Assembly: GCA_030429865.1 (NCBI GenBank)
Contig: JAUIFX010000001.1
Span: forward strand, 2,190 to 66,189
DNA length: 64,000 nucleotides
Reading direction: 5' to 3'
DNA from: Gammaproteobacteria bacterium
GTDB lineage: Bacteria > Pseudomonadota > Gammaproteobacteria > Ga0077536
Under the pieces are notes generated by a model, which saw nothing but the letters and a program-made list of their open reading frames with translations, had not been told where the DNA came from and ran no database searches. Position 1 is the stretch's first letter, and each line of letters opens with the position of its first letter. This document shows positions 34,303 to 44,245 of the stretch, piece by piece. The translations under genes and the position numbers were made by a program.

Positions 34303-35913
34303 TCAAGGTGCGGCGCCGCCTTTGCGCGCCAGCAGGTGGTCGCCGAGTCGGTGGGCGAGCGCGACTATCGTCAGCGTGGGATTCGCCCAGCTCGCGGTCG
34401 GGAATACCGAGGAGCCGGCGACGAAGAGGTTCGCGTAGCCGTGCACGCGGCAGTCGCGATCGACCACGCCCTGCTCTGGCGCCGCGCTCATGCGCGTCGT
34501 GCCCATGTGGTGGTAACCGCCGATCGCATGGTTGCCGACGGTCGCATCGACCGGCCACGCCGTGCCCGCTTCGCGCAGCCACGCCGCGGGTTCGAGATGG
34601 CCGACGCCACGCGCCGCGAGGCGTGCAGCGAGACGCTCGACCATGATCGCGACGGTACGCTTGTCGAGCTCGCACAGGCGCCATTCGAGCGCCGCGCGCG
34701 GCATGCCCAGCGCATCCCGCTCGCTGGCGAGACGCACCCGGCTGGATGGATTGGGTGCCTGCTCGGCACGCACCATCACGTTGACACGCCGCATGCCGCG
34801 CGCGAAACGCACGCGCTCGACCCGGCGCCGCAAGCGGTGCTGGATGAATCGCCGCAGGTCGCGGTAGCGGTGCCACAAGGCCCGGTTGGCCCGGGTCGGC
34901 GCGAGCTGGTGCTTGAGGTCGTTGTACAGCCGCTTGTGCAGCGCCACGCCGCGCGCGCTGTCGCGCTGCAGCTTGAACGTGAACGCGGTATTGAGGATGC
35001 CGGCCTCGCGCTGCAACGCGGGGGCCGGTAACAGTACCGACGCGATCTCGTTGCCATCGGCGCCGTGACGGCGCTGGAACGCCGCCCACAGCGCGAAGCC
35101 GGCGCGCGGCTCGAGCCGCCCGGCGCGCGCGTGCGGATGCTCCATGAAACAACGCCCGACCTGGTCATGACGGTTACCGACGCCGGCCGTCTCGACGTCG
35201 TCGGAGGCGAGCAGCAGGCGCGGGTTCTCGATACCGCCGGCGGCGAGCACGTAGTGCCGCGCGACGAGACGCGCGCGGCGTCCCTCCAGCGACGCCAACT
35301 CGAGGGCCTCGACCCGGTTCGCCGCGGCGCTGACGCGGATTCGGGTCACGTTCGCATGCAGCACGATGCGCACGTCGCCGGCGCCGAACAAGTCGTCCAT
35401 GCGCGCGGCATTGAATCGCTCGCGCTCGTTGTCGAAATGCCAGCAGCGCGTGACGAAATCGCCGTCGAGGCCGTTCTGTGCGGCGTTGTCGTCCCGCCAC
35501 CCGGATGCCGCGGCGGCGCTCTCCGGCAGTGCGAAATCGCGTGCTGCCTGCGCGTACCAGGGGTCGAGTTCGTCCAAGCTCAGCGGCCAGCCGCTCAGCG
35601 GGACCCAGGATCGGGGCTCGAGGTCGATGGCCTCGAAACGCGCGCAGCGCCCACCCCAGATGTTCGTCGTACCGCCGAGAAAACGCAGGCGGGCATCGAC
35701 CAGCGCGTAGTAGGGATCGCCGCAGTCCGGGCCGGCGGCGAGATCCTGCGTGGCCGCCTCGAAGTCGCGGCCGCCGCTCTCGACGACGCATACCTCGATG
35801 CCGTGCCCGGCCAGGTGCCGGGCGAGCGTGATACCGGCTGCGCCGCCGCCGACGATGGCGATGTCGCAGGCCAGCTCGGCGTTCTCGGGATAGTCGTTCA
35901 GATCGTGCAGCAT
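34303..35913 (-). CDS. GMC-family FAD-dependent oxidoreductase (choline dehydrogenase-like)
   Basis: DIAIVGGGAAGITLA (GxGxxG); C-terminal GMC signature ...HHMGTTRMSAAPEQGVVD...GYANLFVAGSSVFP. Confidence 0.8.
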   Translation of the reverse strand: MLHDLNDYPENAELACDIAIVGGGAAGITLARHLAGHGIEVCVVESGGRDFEAATQDLAAGPDCGDPYYALVDARLRFLGGTTNIWGGRCARFEAIDLEPRSWVPLSGWPLSLDELDPWYAQAARDFALPESAAAASGWRDDNAAQNGLDGDFVTRCWHFDNERERFNAARMDDLFGAGDVRIVLHANVTRIRVSAAANRVEALELASLEGRRARLVARHYVLAAGGIENPRLLLASDDVETAGVGNRHDQVGRCFMEHPHARAGRLEPRAGFALWAAFQRRHGADGNEIASVLLPAPALQREAGILNTAFTFKLQRDSARGVALHKRLYNDLKHQLAPTRANRALWHRYRDLRRFIQHRLRRRVERVRFARGMRRVNVMVRAEQAPNPSSRVRLASERDALGMPRAALEWRLCELDKRTVAIMVERLAARLAARGVGHLEPAAWLREAGTAWPVDATVGNHAIGGYHHMGTTRMSAAPEQGVVDRDCRVHGYANLFVAGSSVFPTASWANPTLTIVALAHRLGDHLLARKGGAAP

Positions 35914-36068
35914 GGTGTTCGACGGCGCAGCGCCTCGCGCGGGCGCCGCGATCATAGGGTGCGCGCGCGCCTGCGGCCAGTCGTTTCGCGGCGCTGGCAC
36001 CGGCCGGCGCCATACGCGATCATGCGGCGACGCACAGACGCCACACGCAGCGCGGGAGTTCAGCCACG

Positions 36069-36917
36069 ATGTCGAGCACGACGAGCAACACGGGAACCGA
36101 CCAGGCAACGTTCTGGAACGAGGAAGGCGGCCGCCGCTGGGTCGCGCACATCGACCAGCTCGAACGCATGCTGGCGGGCCTCAGCACGGTGCTGGTCGAT
36201 GCCGTCGGCGCGCAACCCGGCGAGCGCGTGCTCGACGTCGGCTGCGGCGGCGGCCCGACCAGCAACGCCTACGCGCGCGCCGTCGGCGATGCGGGCCGCG
36301 TGCTCGGCGTCGACATCTCGGCGGTGATTCTCGAAGTCGCGCGGCAACGTGCCCGGCACATCCCGAACCTCGAATTCGCGACTGCCGATGCCGCCACGCA
36401 CGCCTTCGAGCCGGCCAGCTTCGATGTCGTGACGTCACGCTTCGGTGTCATGTTCTTTCCCGATCCCCACGGCGCGTTCGGCAATATCCGCCGAGCCGTG
36501 CGCGCTGGCGGTCGCCTGTGCTTCATGTGCTGGCGCGGCATCGACGAAAACCCCTGGATGGGCGCCCCGGCGAAGGCCGCGTTCAGCGTCATTCCGCCGC
36601 CCGAGAAGCTACCGCCGGGCAGCCCGGGACCGTTCGCGTTCGCGGACCCGGCGCACGTGCGCGACATCCTCGCGAGCGCCGGTTTCGTCGACATCGAGCT
36701 GAGTCCCCACGAGCACCGCATCACGCTCGGCACGGTCGACGAGGCACTCGAATGGCTGACCAACATGGGACCGGCGGCAACACCGCTGGCCGAAGCCGGG
36801 CCGGACGCCCGCGCCGCCGCACGCGAGGCGATGCGCGAGCTGCTGGTCCGCCACGATACGCCGCAGGGCGTGACCCTGGACGGCGCAACCTGGCTGGTCC
36901 GCGCGCGGGTACCCTGA
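36069..36917 (+). CDS. Class I SAM-dependent methyltransferase
   Basis: VLDVGCGGGPTS (motif I), DVVTSRFGVMFF, GGRLCFMCW. Confidence 0.75.
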   Translation: MSSTTSNTGTDQATFWNEEGGRRWVAHIDQLERMLAGLSTVLVDAVGAQPGERVLDVGCGGGPTSNAYARAVGDAGRVLGVDISAVILEVARQRARHIPNLEFATADAATHAFEPASFDVVTSRFGVMFFPDPHGAFGNIRRAVRAGGRLCFMCWRGIDENPWMGAPAKAAFSVIPPPEKLPPGSPGPFAFADPAHVRDILASAGFVDIELSPHEHRITLGTVDEALEWLTNMGPAATPLAEAGPDARAAAREAMRELLVRHDTPQGVTLDGATWLVRARVP

Positions 36918-37051
36918 ACGCGCGGCAACGAGCCCGCCGGCGAGCGGCTACACTGGAACGGACAGGCCGCCTGGCACGGCCCGAGCGCGGTCACGCGGTC
37001 GGGCCGCGCCCCGGCGCGGCGTGCAAGACCAACCGCGGGGAGACGACCGAC

Positions 37052-37642
37052 ATGGGTAAAGCCGAGATTCCGAGCGGGACGCTGGCGTTCTGCGACCTCG
37101 ATTTGAAGGAGCGCGACAACCTCGACAGCGAGATGGCGGCCATGGTCGCCGGCATCGAGAAGAAGTACGGCTTCGTGCCGAACTTCGTCAAGCTGTTCGC
37201 CACCGACAACCAGCGCCTGCGCGCGTTCATGACGCCCTACATGGAGCTCATGCGCCGGGATTCCGGGCTCGACATGCTGGAGCACGAGATGATCGCGCTG
37301 GTCTGCGCGGCGACCAATGGCTGCGTCTACTGCTGCGCCCACCACGGCGCGCAGCTGCGTGGCGAGAGCGGCGACGCCCTGCTCGCCGAGTATCTCGGGC
37401 GCAATTACCGCCTCGCCGAGCTGTCGCCGCGCCACCGCGCAATGCTCGATTTCGTGGTCAAGGTCTCGACCGATGCCGAGGCCATCGATGCGCGGGACCA
37501 CGACGCCTTGCGCGAAGTCGGTTTCGACGACGAGGCGATCTGGTCGATCGCCTCGACCGCCGCGTTCTACGCCGGCGCCAATCGCCTCGCCCAGGCAGCC
37601 GGGCTTCGCGTGACACCCGAATACCTCGCGATGCACCGCTGA
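37052..37642 (+). CDS. Carboxymuconolactone decarboxylase / AhpD-like peroxidase-related protein
   Basis: 196 aa with CVYCCAHH motif typical of AhpD-fold proteins. SD GGGGAG upstream. Confidence 0.7.
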   Translation: MGKAEIPSGTLAFCDLDLKERDNLDSEMAAMVAGIEKKYGFVPNFVKLFATDNQRLRAFMTPYMELMRRDSGLDMLEHEMIALVCAATNGCVYCCAHHGAQLRGESGDALLAEYLGRNYRLAELSPRHRAMLDFVVKVSTDAEAIDARDHDALREVGFDDEAIWSIASTAAFYAGANRLAQAAGLRVTPEYLAMHR

Positions 37643-37673
37643 CGGCGCGCGCGGGCGCCGCCCGGCCGCGCGC

Positions 37674-38129
37674 TCAGCGTGGGCGGACAGGCGCGAGCGC
37701 CTCGCCCAGGTGCGCGCCGAGCGCCGGCGCCTCGACGTGGGCGAGATCCTTGGCGACGCTCGCGACCACGCAGGCGGCGGTCCGCGTATCGAGCGCCTCG
37801 CGCAACTGACCAAGAAAGCGTGGCTCGGCGACGAGCACGAGTTCATCCATCTCGCCGGCGCCGCGGGCCCTGTCGAGACGCGCGCCGATCTCGCGCGCGA
37901 AGTCCGCGGCGATGCGCTCGTGCGGACTCTCGGCGCGGCTCATCGCGTGGCGTCCCTCGCCGCCGCTGTCGAACGCGCGCCCCGGCCGGTCGGCATCGAT
38001 CGCGCCGTCCTTGAGGCGGCCGCGCGGATTGTCGAACGTTTCGCGCAACTCGAGCGTCTTGCCGCCGTCCCGGACTGCCATGATGCGTGCGCCGACGCGA
38101 TCGGCGACGACTAACCACTTCTCGTGCAT
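37674..38129 (-). CDS. Host-attachment-protein family (PF10116-like) protein
   Basis: MHEKWLVVADRVGARIMAVRDG... resembles the conserved N-terminus of host attachment proteins. 151 aa. Confidence 0.45.
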   Translation of the reverse strand: MHEKWLVVADRVGARIMAVRDGGKTLELRETFDNPRGRLKDGAIDADRPGRAFDSGGEGRHAMSRAESPHERIAADFAREIGARLDRARGAGEMDELVLVAEPRFLGQLREALDTRTAACVVASVAKDLAHVEAPALGAHLGEALAPVRPR

Positions 38130-38301
38130 GCCTTGTCTCCTCGTGCTGTAGGCGGACGCTGCCGCCGCTGTGACGGCGTCGCACCGAGCCTACGTCGCTG
38201 CGCGCGGCGCTACCTGACCGCGATCAGGATGACGCGCCGTGGCACCTCGCCCGGCAGGTCCGCAGCGTGTCCCGCGCGGCGTGGCATCGCACGGCGAAAC
38301 G

Positions 38302-39297
38302 CTAGCGAATCGCCACCGGGTTGATGATCATCTGCACCGTGCCTTTGAGGCGCGCCTGGCCGAGCACGAAGAGGAACTCCCAGGCGCGATCGGCGACCAG
38401 CTCGGCGGTGACGACGTTCTCGAGGATGTAGATGCCGCGCTTGGTGAGAAACTCCTGGTGCACCGGCAGGTAGACGCCGTCGACCTCACCCGGCTGGATC
38501 TCGAGGCTGAAGGTGTCGCCGCCGACTGCGACGGGCTCGCGCTCGGCAAGGTAGAGGGCACCGGCCTTGCCGAGCCCCGGCTGGCTGGCCATGTAGCGCT
38601 CGGCATCGAGACGGCTGAGCGGCATGTAGCCCGTGTGCAGCAGGACGACGTCGCCACGCGCGAGCGCGACGCCCTGGCGGGTCAGCGCGGCCTCGATCTC
38701 GGGCTCGTTGACGGCGACCTCGGGGCGCAGCATGACGTGTCCGTCGACCGTCATCAGGCGTTCCGGCTGCGTCTCGGCGAATAGGCCGACGATGTCGAGA
38801 ACGACACCGCGCGCGACGATCGGCGGGATGTCGGAGGTCGAGAACTTCTTCAGGCCGCTCTGGTGAAAGAACTCGTGGATGTCGGTCCCGTTGTAATAGG
38901 TGTGGTCGATGCCGACGTGACCGAGCCCGTCGATCTGCGTGCCGACACCGAAGAAGACCAGGCCCCAGTCGTCGTTGCCGGTCACCTTGCCCTCGCCGAT
39001 GGGCTCACCCGCGTTGTTGAAGATCGCGCCGTTGGACACCACGAACGTCTCCACGGTGCGCGAACCGAACGCCGGGGTCTCGCGCGAGACCTCCATGCCG
39101 AGCGCGTAGCGCTTGCCACTGCGTACCAGGCGCGCCGCGGCGGCGACGCTGTCGTCGGTGATGAGATTCACCGCACCCAGGGTGTCGTCCTTGCCCCAGC
39201 GCGACGGATACCAGTCCGCCGCCGTCGCCGATCCCGTGACCGTCAGCGCCAGCAGCGCCGCCACGAGCCCGTATCCCACTTCATACCGCATCGTCAT
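38302..39297 (-). CDS. Cyclase-family protein (kynurenine formamidase-like metal hydrolase), secreted
   Basis: Signal peptide MTMRYEVGYGLVAALLALTVTGSATA; cyclase-family motifs GTQIDGLGHVGIDH, GDVVLLHTGY. Confidence 0.7.
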   Translation of the reverse strand: MTMRYEVGYGLVAALLALTVTGSATAADWYPSRWGKDDTLGAVNLITDDSVAAAARLVRSGKRYALGMEVSRETPAFGSRTVETFVVSNGAIFNNAGEPIGEGKVTGNDDWGLVFFGVGTQIDGLGHVGIDHTYYNGTDIHEFFHQSGLKKFSTSDIPPIVARGVVLDIVGLFAETQPERLMTVDGHVMLRPEVAVNEPEIEAALTRQGVALARGDVVLLHTGYMPLSRLDAERYMASQPGLGKAGALYLAEREPVAVGGDTFSLEIQPGEVDGVYLPVHQEFLTKRGIYILENVVTAELVADRAWEFLFVLGQARLKGTVQMIINPVAIR

Positions 39298-39326
39298 CTC
39301 CCCTCCCCACCTGACCAAAATTTAAG

Positions 39327-39347
39327 CAAAAGTGTCAGACACTTTTG
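39327..39347. promoter_or_regulatory. 21-bp perfect palindrome CAAAAGTGTCAGACACTTTTG (operator-like site, copy 1)
   Basis: Direct reading. Located 9-30 nt upstream of the cyclase-family gene start (minus strand). Confidence 0.6.
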
Positions 39348-39374
39348 CCCTGCCGCAGCCTTCACGTATCACCC

Positions 39375-39395
39375 CAAAAGTGTCTGACACTTTTG
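39375..39395. promoter_or_regulatory. 21-bp perfect palindrome CAAAAGTGTCTGACACTTTTG (operator-like site, copy 2)
   Basis: Near-identical second copy, 48 bp centre-to-centre from copy 1, same intergenic region. Confidence 0.6.
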
Positions 39396-39437
39396 CGTGC
39401 GTGCTGCCGGGCTCGTCAGCGCCGCGGCGGCGCGCAA

Positions 39438-41144
39438 TCAGCCGGCCGCGCGGGCCAGCGGACCGCGTACCAGCCGCCCCGGCGTCGCGCCGGTGGCGCG
39501 CTCGCCCTCGAGCAGCACCTCGCCGTTGACGACCGTCCAGGCGATGCCGCGCGAGGTCTGCTTGAGGCGTTGCGCGCCGGCGGGCAGGTCGTTGACGAGT
39601 TCTGGCATGTTCGGCGCCACGGTATCGGGGTCGAACACCACGATGTCGGCGTTGAGACCCTCGCGCAGCAGGCCGCGATCGTGCAGCCCCCAGGCGCTGG
39701 CGGTGTCATAGGTGATGAGGCGGACGGCCTCCTCGAGCGTGAATTCCTGCTTCTCGCGTACCCAGTGACTGAGCAGATGGGTCTGCAGCGAGGAATCCAT
39801 GATCTGCGCGACGTGCGCGCCGGAGTCCGAGAAGGTCACGACGCTGCGCGGGTGCTTCATCATTTTCAGCACCGCGTCCTGGTCCTCGTTGGCCAGCGGC
39901 TGGCGGAAGAAGACATCGAAGTCGCGCTCCAGCGCGATATCGATCATCGCCTCTACCGGGTGCACGCCGCGCTTCGCCGCGACCTCGGTCATGAGCACCT
40001 CGTCGCCGATGCCGTTGAACAGGTACACCCAGTCCCACTCCGGCGGGCGCGCCTCGGCGCCGACCACTTCCGGGCCCTCGTAGGGGCGGGTCGCGATTTC
40101 GACCAGGCGGCGCTTCATGTCCGGGTCGGCGAACAGCGCTTTCTGCTCGTCGAGCGGCTTGGTGCGAACGTCCTTCCATACCTCCCAGGCGTCGAACGGG
40201 GTATGCGACTTGAACGACAGCATGGTCGAGATGGAGCGGCTGTGCGCCTGCACGAACAGGCGCCCGCCGGCGGCCGCGACTTCGTCGCCGAGGTCGTAAT
40301 AGGCCGGCCACAGGTCGGGCGCGATGCGGATGCTCGGCATGCCGTAAGTCACCGGGCAGCCGGACTCGACTGCGAGCTGCTTGAGGCGGCCGAAGTATTC
40401 GGCCTGGCGCCGTGGACTCCGCCCCGGTGCTTCGCTCGCGAGTTCGAAGATGCCAGCGCCGAGCTCGCCCATGGCGTTGACGATCGCGCGCACCTCGTCC
40501 CAGTCGGCGACGCGGCTCGCGACGGGGCGATCGTCGGAAGTGAGGTGGTTGTAGGTTCGCGAGGTCGAGAAGCCGATGGCCCCGGCACGGATCGCATCCT
40601 GGACCTGGCGGCACATGCGCGCGAGTTCGTCCGGCGTGGCCTGCTCGCTGAAGGCGCGCTCGCCCATCGCCCAGGTGCGCAGCGCGGAGTGCCCGATGTA
40701 GCCACCGTAGTTGATGCCCTTGGGCAGCCGATCGATGACGTCGAGATACTCCGGAAAGGTCTCCCAGCGCCAGTCGATGCCGGCCTTCATGGCATCGCGC
40801 GACAGGTCCTCGGCGCGCTCGAGGTTGCGGAAGACGAAATCGGCATCGTCGGCGGCACAGGGCGCGAGCGTGAAACCGCAGTTGCCCATGATGACCGTGG
40901 TGACACCGTGGTAGCAGGAACACGAACCGAGCGGGTCCCAGAAGACCTGCGCATCCATGTGCGTGTGACCATCGACGAAGCCCGGCGCGACCACCTGCCC
41001 GTCCGCATCGAGGGTGCGCGCGGCGCGCTCGTTGATGCGCCCGATGCGCACGATGCGGCCGCCGCTGACAGCCACGTCCGCCGGGTAGCGCGGGCCGCCG
41101 GAACCATCGACAACGAAGCCGTTCTTGATCACCAGGTCGTACAT
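39438..41144 (-). CDS. N-acyl-D-amino-acid deacylase (D-aminoacylase) family amidohydrolase
   Basis: MYDLVIKNGFVVDGSG...APGFVDGHTHMD (metal-binding HxH), full-length D-aminoacylase architecture, 568 aa. Confidence 0.8.
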   Translation of the reverse strand: MYDLVIKNGFVVDGSGGPRYPADVAVSGGRIVRIGRINERAARTLDADGQVVAPGFVDGHTHMDAQVFWDPLGSCSCYHGVTTVIMGNCGFTLAPCAADDADFVFRNLERAEDLSRDAMKAGIDWRWETFPEYLDVIDRLPKGINYGGYIGHSALRTWAMGERAFSEQATPDELARMCRQVQDAIRAGAIGFSTSRTYNHLTSDDRPVASRVADWDEVRAIVNAMGELGAGIFELASEAPGRSPRRQAEYFGRLKQLAVESGCPVTYGMPSIRIAPDLWPAYYDLGDEVAAAGGRLFVQAHSRSISTMLSFKSHTPFDAWEVWKDVRTKPLDEQKALFADPDMKRRLVEIATRPYEGPEVVGAEARPPEWDWVYLFNGIGDEVLMTEVAAKRGVHPVEAMIDIALERDFDVFFRQPLANEDQDAVLKMMKHPRSVVTFSDSGAHVAQIMDSSLQTHLLSHWVREKQEFTLEEAVRLITYDTASAWGLHDRGLLREGLNADIVVFDPDTVAPNMPELVNDLPAGAQRLKQTSRGIAWTVVNGEVLLEGERATGATPGRLVRGPLARAAG

Positions 41145-41248
41145 AGCTCCTCCCCTGTCGCGCTCGGACCCGCTTCGAGATTAGCATTAACAGGCTGCCG
41201 CTTCAGTCGCGCGGCGGCAGGGACAGGCGGCGCCGGGGAGGGCCAGGC

Positions 41249-42406
41249 ATGACCGAGTACAGCATCATCGACGTCGACACCCACGTCAGCGAAGCGGCCG
41301 ACCTGTGGACCAGCCGCGTACCGGCACGGTGGCGCGACGCCGTGCCGCGTGTCGGCACCGACAAGCGCGGCATCGCGTACTGGTACCTCGGCGAACGGCC
41401 GCTGGCCAAGGTCGGCCTCGCCGCAACGGCCGGCGTCGGCTCGATGAAATCGCCGCCGCGCGGCTACGATGACATGCACCCGGGCGCATGGGACCCCGCT
41501 GCGCGCCTCGCCTACATGGACGAAATGGGCATCTGGGCGATGGTGCTCTATCCGAATGTCGGCGGCTTCGGCAACCAGGCCTTCCTGCAGCTCGGCGACC
41601 CGGAGCTCATGCTCACCTGCGTCCAGGTCTATAACGACTGGCAGACGGAGTGGGCATCGGCCGACCCGCGCCGGCTGCTACCGGTCACCTCGCTGCCGTT
41701 CTGGGACGTGGCCGCCGCCGTCGGCGAGGTGCGCCGCTGCGCCGCCCTCGGGCACAAGGGCATCCTGTTCACCGGCGAGCCGCATGCCTTCGGCCAGCCG
41801 GTGCTCGGCGATCCGCACTGGAACCCGCTGTGGGAAGTGGCCTGCGAACTCGATCTGCCGATCAGTTTCCACATCGGGTCGGGCAACATGGAGGGTGGCC
41901 TGAACCGCGACAAGCTGCGCCTGTACGGCAAGATGGCCACGTTCACCGAGCTCTCGGTCGAGTTCTTCATGCGTAACGGCATCCAGCTCACCGACCTGCT
42001 GATGAGCGGCGTACTGGCGCGCTACCCGACCATCAAGTTCGTCTCCGTCGAGTCCGGCATCGGCTGGATCCCGTTCCTGCTCGAGGCCCTCGACTACCAG
42101 TTCGAAGGCAACCAAGTACGCAGCGAACGCGCCGACCTCGACCGCCTGCCGTCCGAGTATTTCGCGCGCAACGTCTACGGCTGCTACTGGTTCGAGCAGG
42201 TCGCACCGCGCCGCCTGATCGACAAGGTCGGCGTCGACAACATCCTGTTCGAGACCGACTTCCCCCATCCGACCTCGCTGTTCGGCGACCAAGTGCATGC
42301 GCGCATCGCGAACGGCCTCGGCGAGTGCGACGCCGACACGCGGCGCAAGATCCTGTGGGACAACGCCGCCCGCCTGTACAAGGTCGAGCTGCCGCCCGCG
42401 GCCTGA
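41249..42406 (+). CDS. Amidohydrolase-2 family protein (ACMSD-like metal-dependent hydrolase/decarboxylase)
   Basis: IIDVDTHVSE (N-terminal HxH-type), FETDFPHP near C-terminus; 385 aa. Confidence 0.75.
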   Translation: MTEYSIIDVDTHVSEAADLWTSRVPARWRDAVPRVGTDKRGIAYWYLGERPLAKVGLAATAGVGSMKSPPRGYDDMHPGAWDPAARLAYMDEMGIWAMVLYPNVGGFGNQAFLQLGDPELMLTCVQVYNDWQTEWASADPRRLLPVTSLPFWDVAAAVGEVRRCAALGHKGILFTGEPHAFGQPVLGDPHWNPLWEVACELDLPISFHIGSGNMEGGLNRDKLRLYGKMATFTELSVEFFMRNGIQLTDLLMSGVLARYPTIKFVSVESGIGWIPFLLEALDYQFEGNQVRSERADLDRLPSEYFARNVYGCYWFEQVAPRRLIDKVGVDNILFETDFPHPTSLFGDQVHARIANGLGECDADTRRKILWDNAARLYKVELPPAA

Positions 42407-42409
42407 ATC

Positions 42410-42727
42410 ATGGCGCGTATCAGCACGGCCTTCGTCGAGTTCCGCGAACTGCTCGCGCGCCACGTGCGCGAACTCGAACAGGCTTACCCCGAACGCTACT
42501 CCACGACCTGGTTCTTCCTGCGCTACCTCAAGCGCGTGCAGCGCCAGGCCGAGGGCCCGACGCCGCGCGCCTGCGAGCGCGCCATGCGCGGCCTGGTGCG
42601 TTTCTATTGCGACATGGCGGACAGCGAGCAAGGCCTCGCCGAACGCTTCGACGAGGTCTACTTCGCACACCGCAACGCCGTGCTGCTCGAACAGCGGGCC
42701 GAGCGCCGCGCTTCGCGCCGCGGGTGA
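42410..42727 (+). CDS. Hypothetical protein (105 aa)
   Basis: Starts 4 nt after the amidohydrolase stop; balanced composition; no family recognised. Confidence 0.4.
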   Translation: MARISTAFVEFRELLARHVRELEQAYPERYSTTWFFLRYLKRVQRQAEGPTPRACERAMRGLVRFYCDMADSEQGLAERFDEVYFAHRNAVLLEQRAERRASRRG

Positions 42728-42810
42728 AAACACCTGTGACGAAACCGCCTATACGGTAGCGTATGGCGTGGCGTAGAATCGCGCCCGGACCCATCACGAG
42801 GTGCAAGGTG

Positions 42811-43035
42811 ATGCCCCGCTACCAGAAACAGTTCAATCTCGATATCGCCGACATCGACCTCATCGAGCACGCCCTGCGCGGCGAGATCGCGCGCCACTCG
42901 GTGCGCGGCAATGGCGCCCTCGCCGGGCCGGAACACCGTGCGCAGATGCGCGCGATCAATGCGCTGCTCGGCAAGATTCACAATCAGAAGATTTTCTACG
43001 CCCAGGTCAAGGCGCCTGGCGTGCCGGCCGGCTGA
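42811..43035 (+). CDS. Hypothetical small protein (~74 aa)
   Basis: MPRYQKQFNLDIADIDLIEHALRGEIARHS...; internal ATG of the 42763 ORF. Weak. Confidence 0.3.
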   Translation: MPRYQKQFNLDIADIDLIEHALRGEIARHSVRGNGALAGPEHRAQMRAINALLGKIHNQKIFYAQVKAPGVPAG

Positions 43036-43241
43036 AACGGGCGCCCGGCACCCTGCGCGCGCCGGCTGCGAACAGCCCCGGCACGGCGCGGACCCGGCTC
43101 CCGGCAAGCTCTTCCGCGAGGGCGCGGCAAGCGAGGCCGCCGCCCGCCGGACACCTTGCCCGGCGCAAGCGCACGCCGCGGCGCCTGCGCGCCGCCCCGT
43201 TGAGGCACAATAGCGCGCTCGATCAGGGTTGAGGCGAAGGC

Positions 43242-44084
43242 ATGAGCTGGTGGGGCAAGGTCGTCGGGGGCGCGTTCGGGTTCATGCTCGGCGGGCCGCT
43301 CGGCGCGCTGTTCGGCGCGGCGGTCGGACACCATTTCGACCGCGGCCTGAATCGTCTCGAGGAGGTCGAACAGCCGTTCGGTAACGGCCCCGGGCAGGAA
43401 CGGATCCAGATGGCCTTCTTCACCGCGACATTCGCGGTGATGGGCCACGTCGCCAAGGCCGACGGGCGCATCAGCGCCGACGAGATCGCGCACGCCCGCG
43501 CGGTGATGCGCGAAATGAATCTCAACCCGGAGCAGACGCGCGTCGCACAGTCGCTGTTCCGCGAGGGTAAGGCAGCGGGTTTCGACCTCGAGGGCGTGCT
43601 GCGCCAGTTCCTGCGCGAGTGCCGCCGGCGTCAGACCCTGCTGCAGATGTTTCTCGAGATCCAACTGCAGGCTGCCTACGCCGACGGCACGCTGCACGAT
43701 GCCGAGGCCGCCTTGCTGCGACGCATCGCCGGCCGCCTCGGCTTCAACAGCGCACAGTTCGAACAGCTCGACGCGCTGATTCGCGCCGCGCGCGAACGCG
43801 GCACGCACGGGCCAGGCGGTGCCTCAGGGGGGCAACGCGGCAATCGCCGTGGAGCGTCCGGCCCGGCCGCCATGAGCGCAGACGAAGCGCGGGCCATCCT
43901 CGGCGTCGCGGCCGGGGCCGGCGAGGCCGATATCAAGAAAGCCTACCGCCGTCTCATGAATCAGCATCATCCGGACAAGCTGATCGCACGCGGTATGCCG
44001 GAGGAAATGGTCAAGGTCGCGACGACGCGCACCCAGGAGATCCGCACCGCTTACGAGACATTGCGCCGCACCGCGCGCGCCTGA
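43242..44084 (+). CDS. djlA: Co-chaperone DjlA (TerB-like domain plus C-terminal J domain)
   Basis: N-terminal TM (VVGGAFGFMLGGPLGALFGAAVG), TerB-like middle, C-terminal J-domain with HPD motif (KKAYRRLMNQHHPDKL). Confidence 0.8.
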   Translation: MSWWGKVVGGAFGFMLGGPLGALFGAAVGHHFDRGLNRLEEVEQPFGNGPGQERIQMAFFTATFAVMGHVAKADGRISADEIAHARAVMREMNLNPEQTRVAQSLFREGKAAGFDLEGVLRQFLRECRRRQTLLQMFLEIQLQAAYADGTLHDAEAALLRRIAGRLGFNSAQFEQLDALIRAARERGTHGPGGASGGQRGNRRGASGPAAMSADEARAILGVAAGAGEADIKKAYRRLMNQHHPDKLIARGMPEEMVKVATTRTQEIRTAYETLRRTARA

Positions 44085-44245
44085 CCGGCGCGATTGGCAA
44101 GCAGAACCGGATCTGGTCCAATGAGCCGCCTCGTGACGGCGGGCACGGCCCGGCCTGCGCCGCGGCCGGCGAGAGACGCAGGCCGGCACGGACGCAACAA
44201 CAAGAACAAGAACACGTGACTCCGCCGAGACAGATTGCCAACGCC

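Noticed and set aside
44196-44216. Short CAA/CAAG low-complexity run (caacaacaagaacaagaacac) upstream of the PAS-GGDEF-EAL gene
   Set aside because: Too short and imperfect to call a functional repeat; likely incidental.
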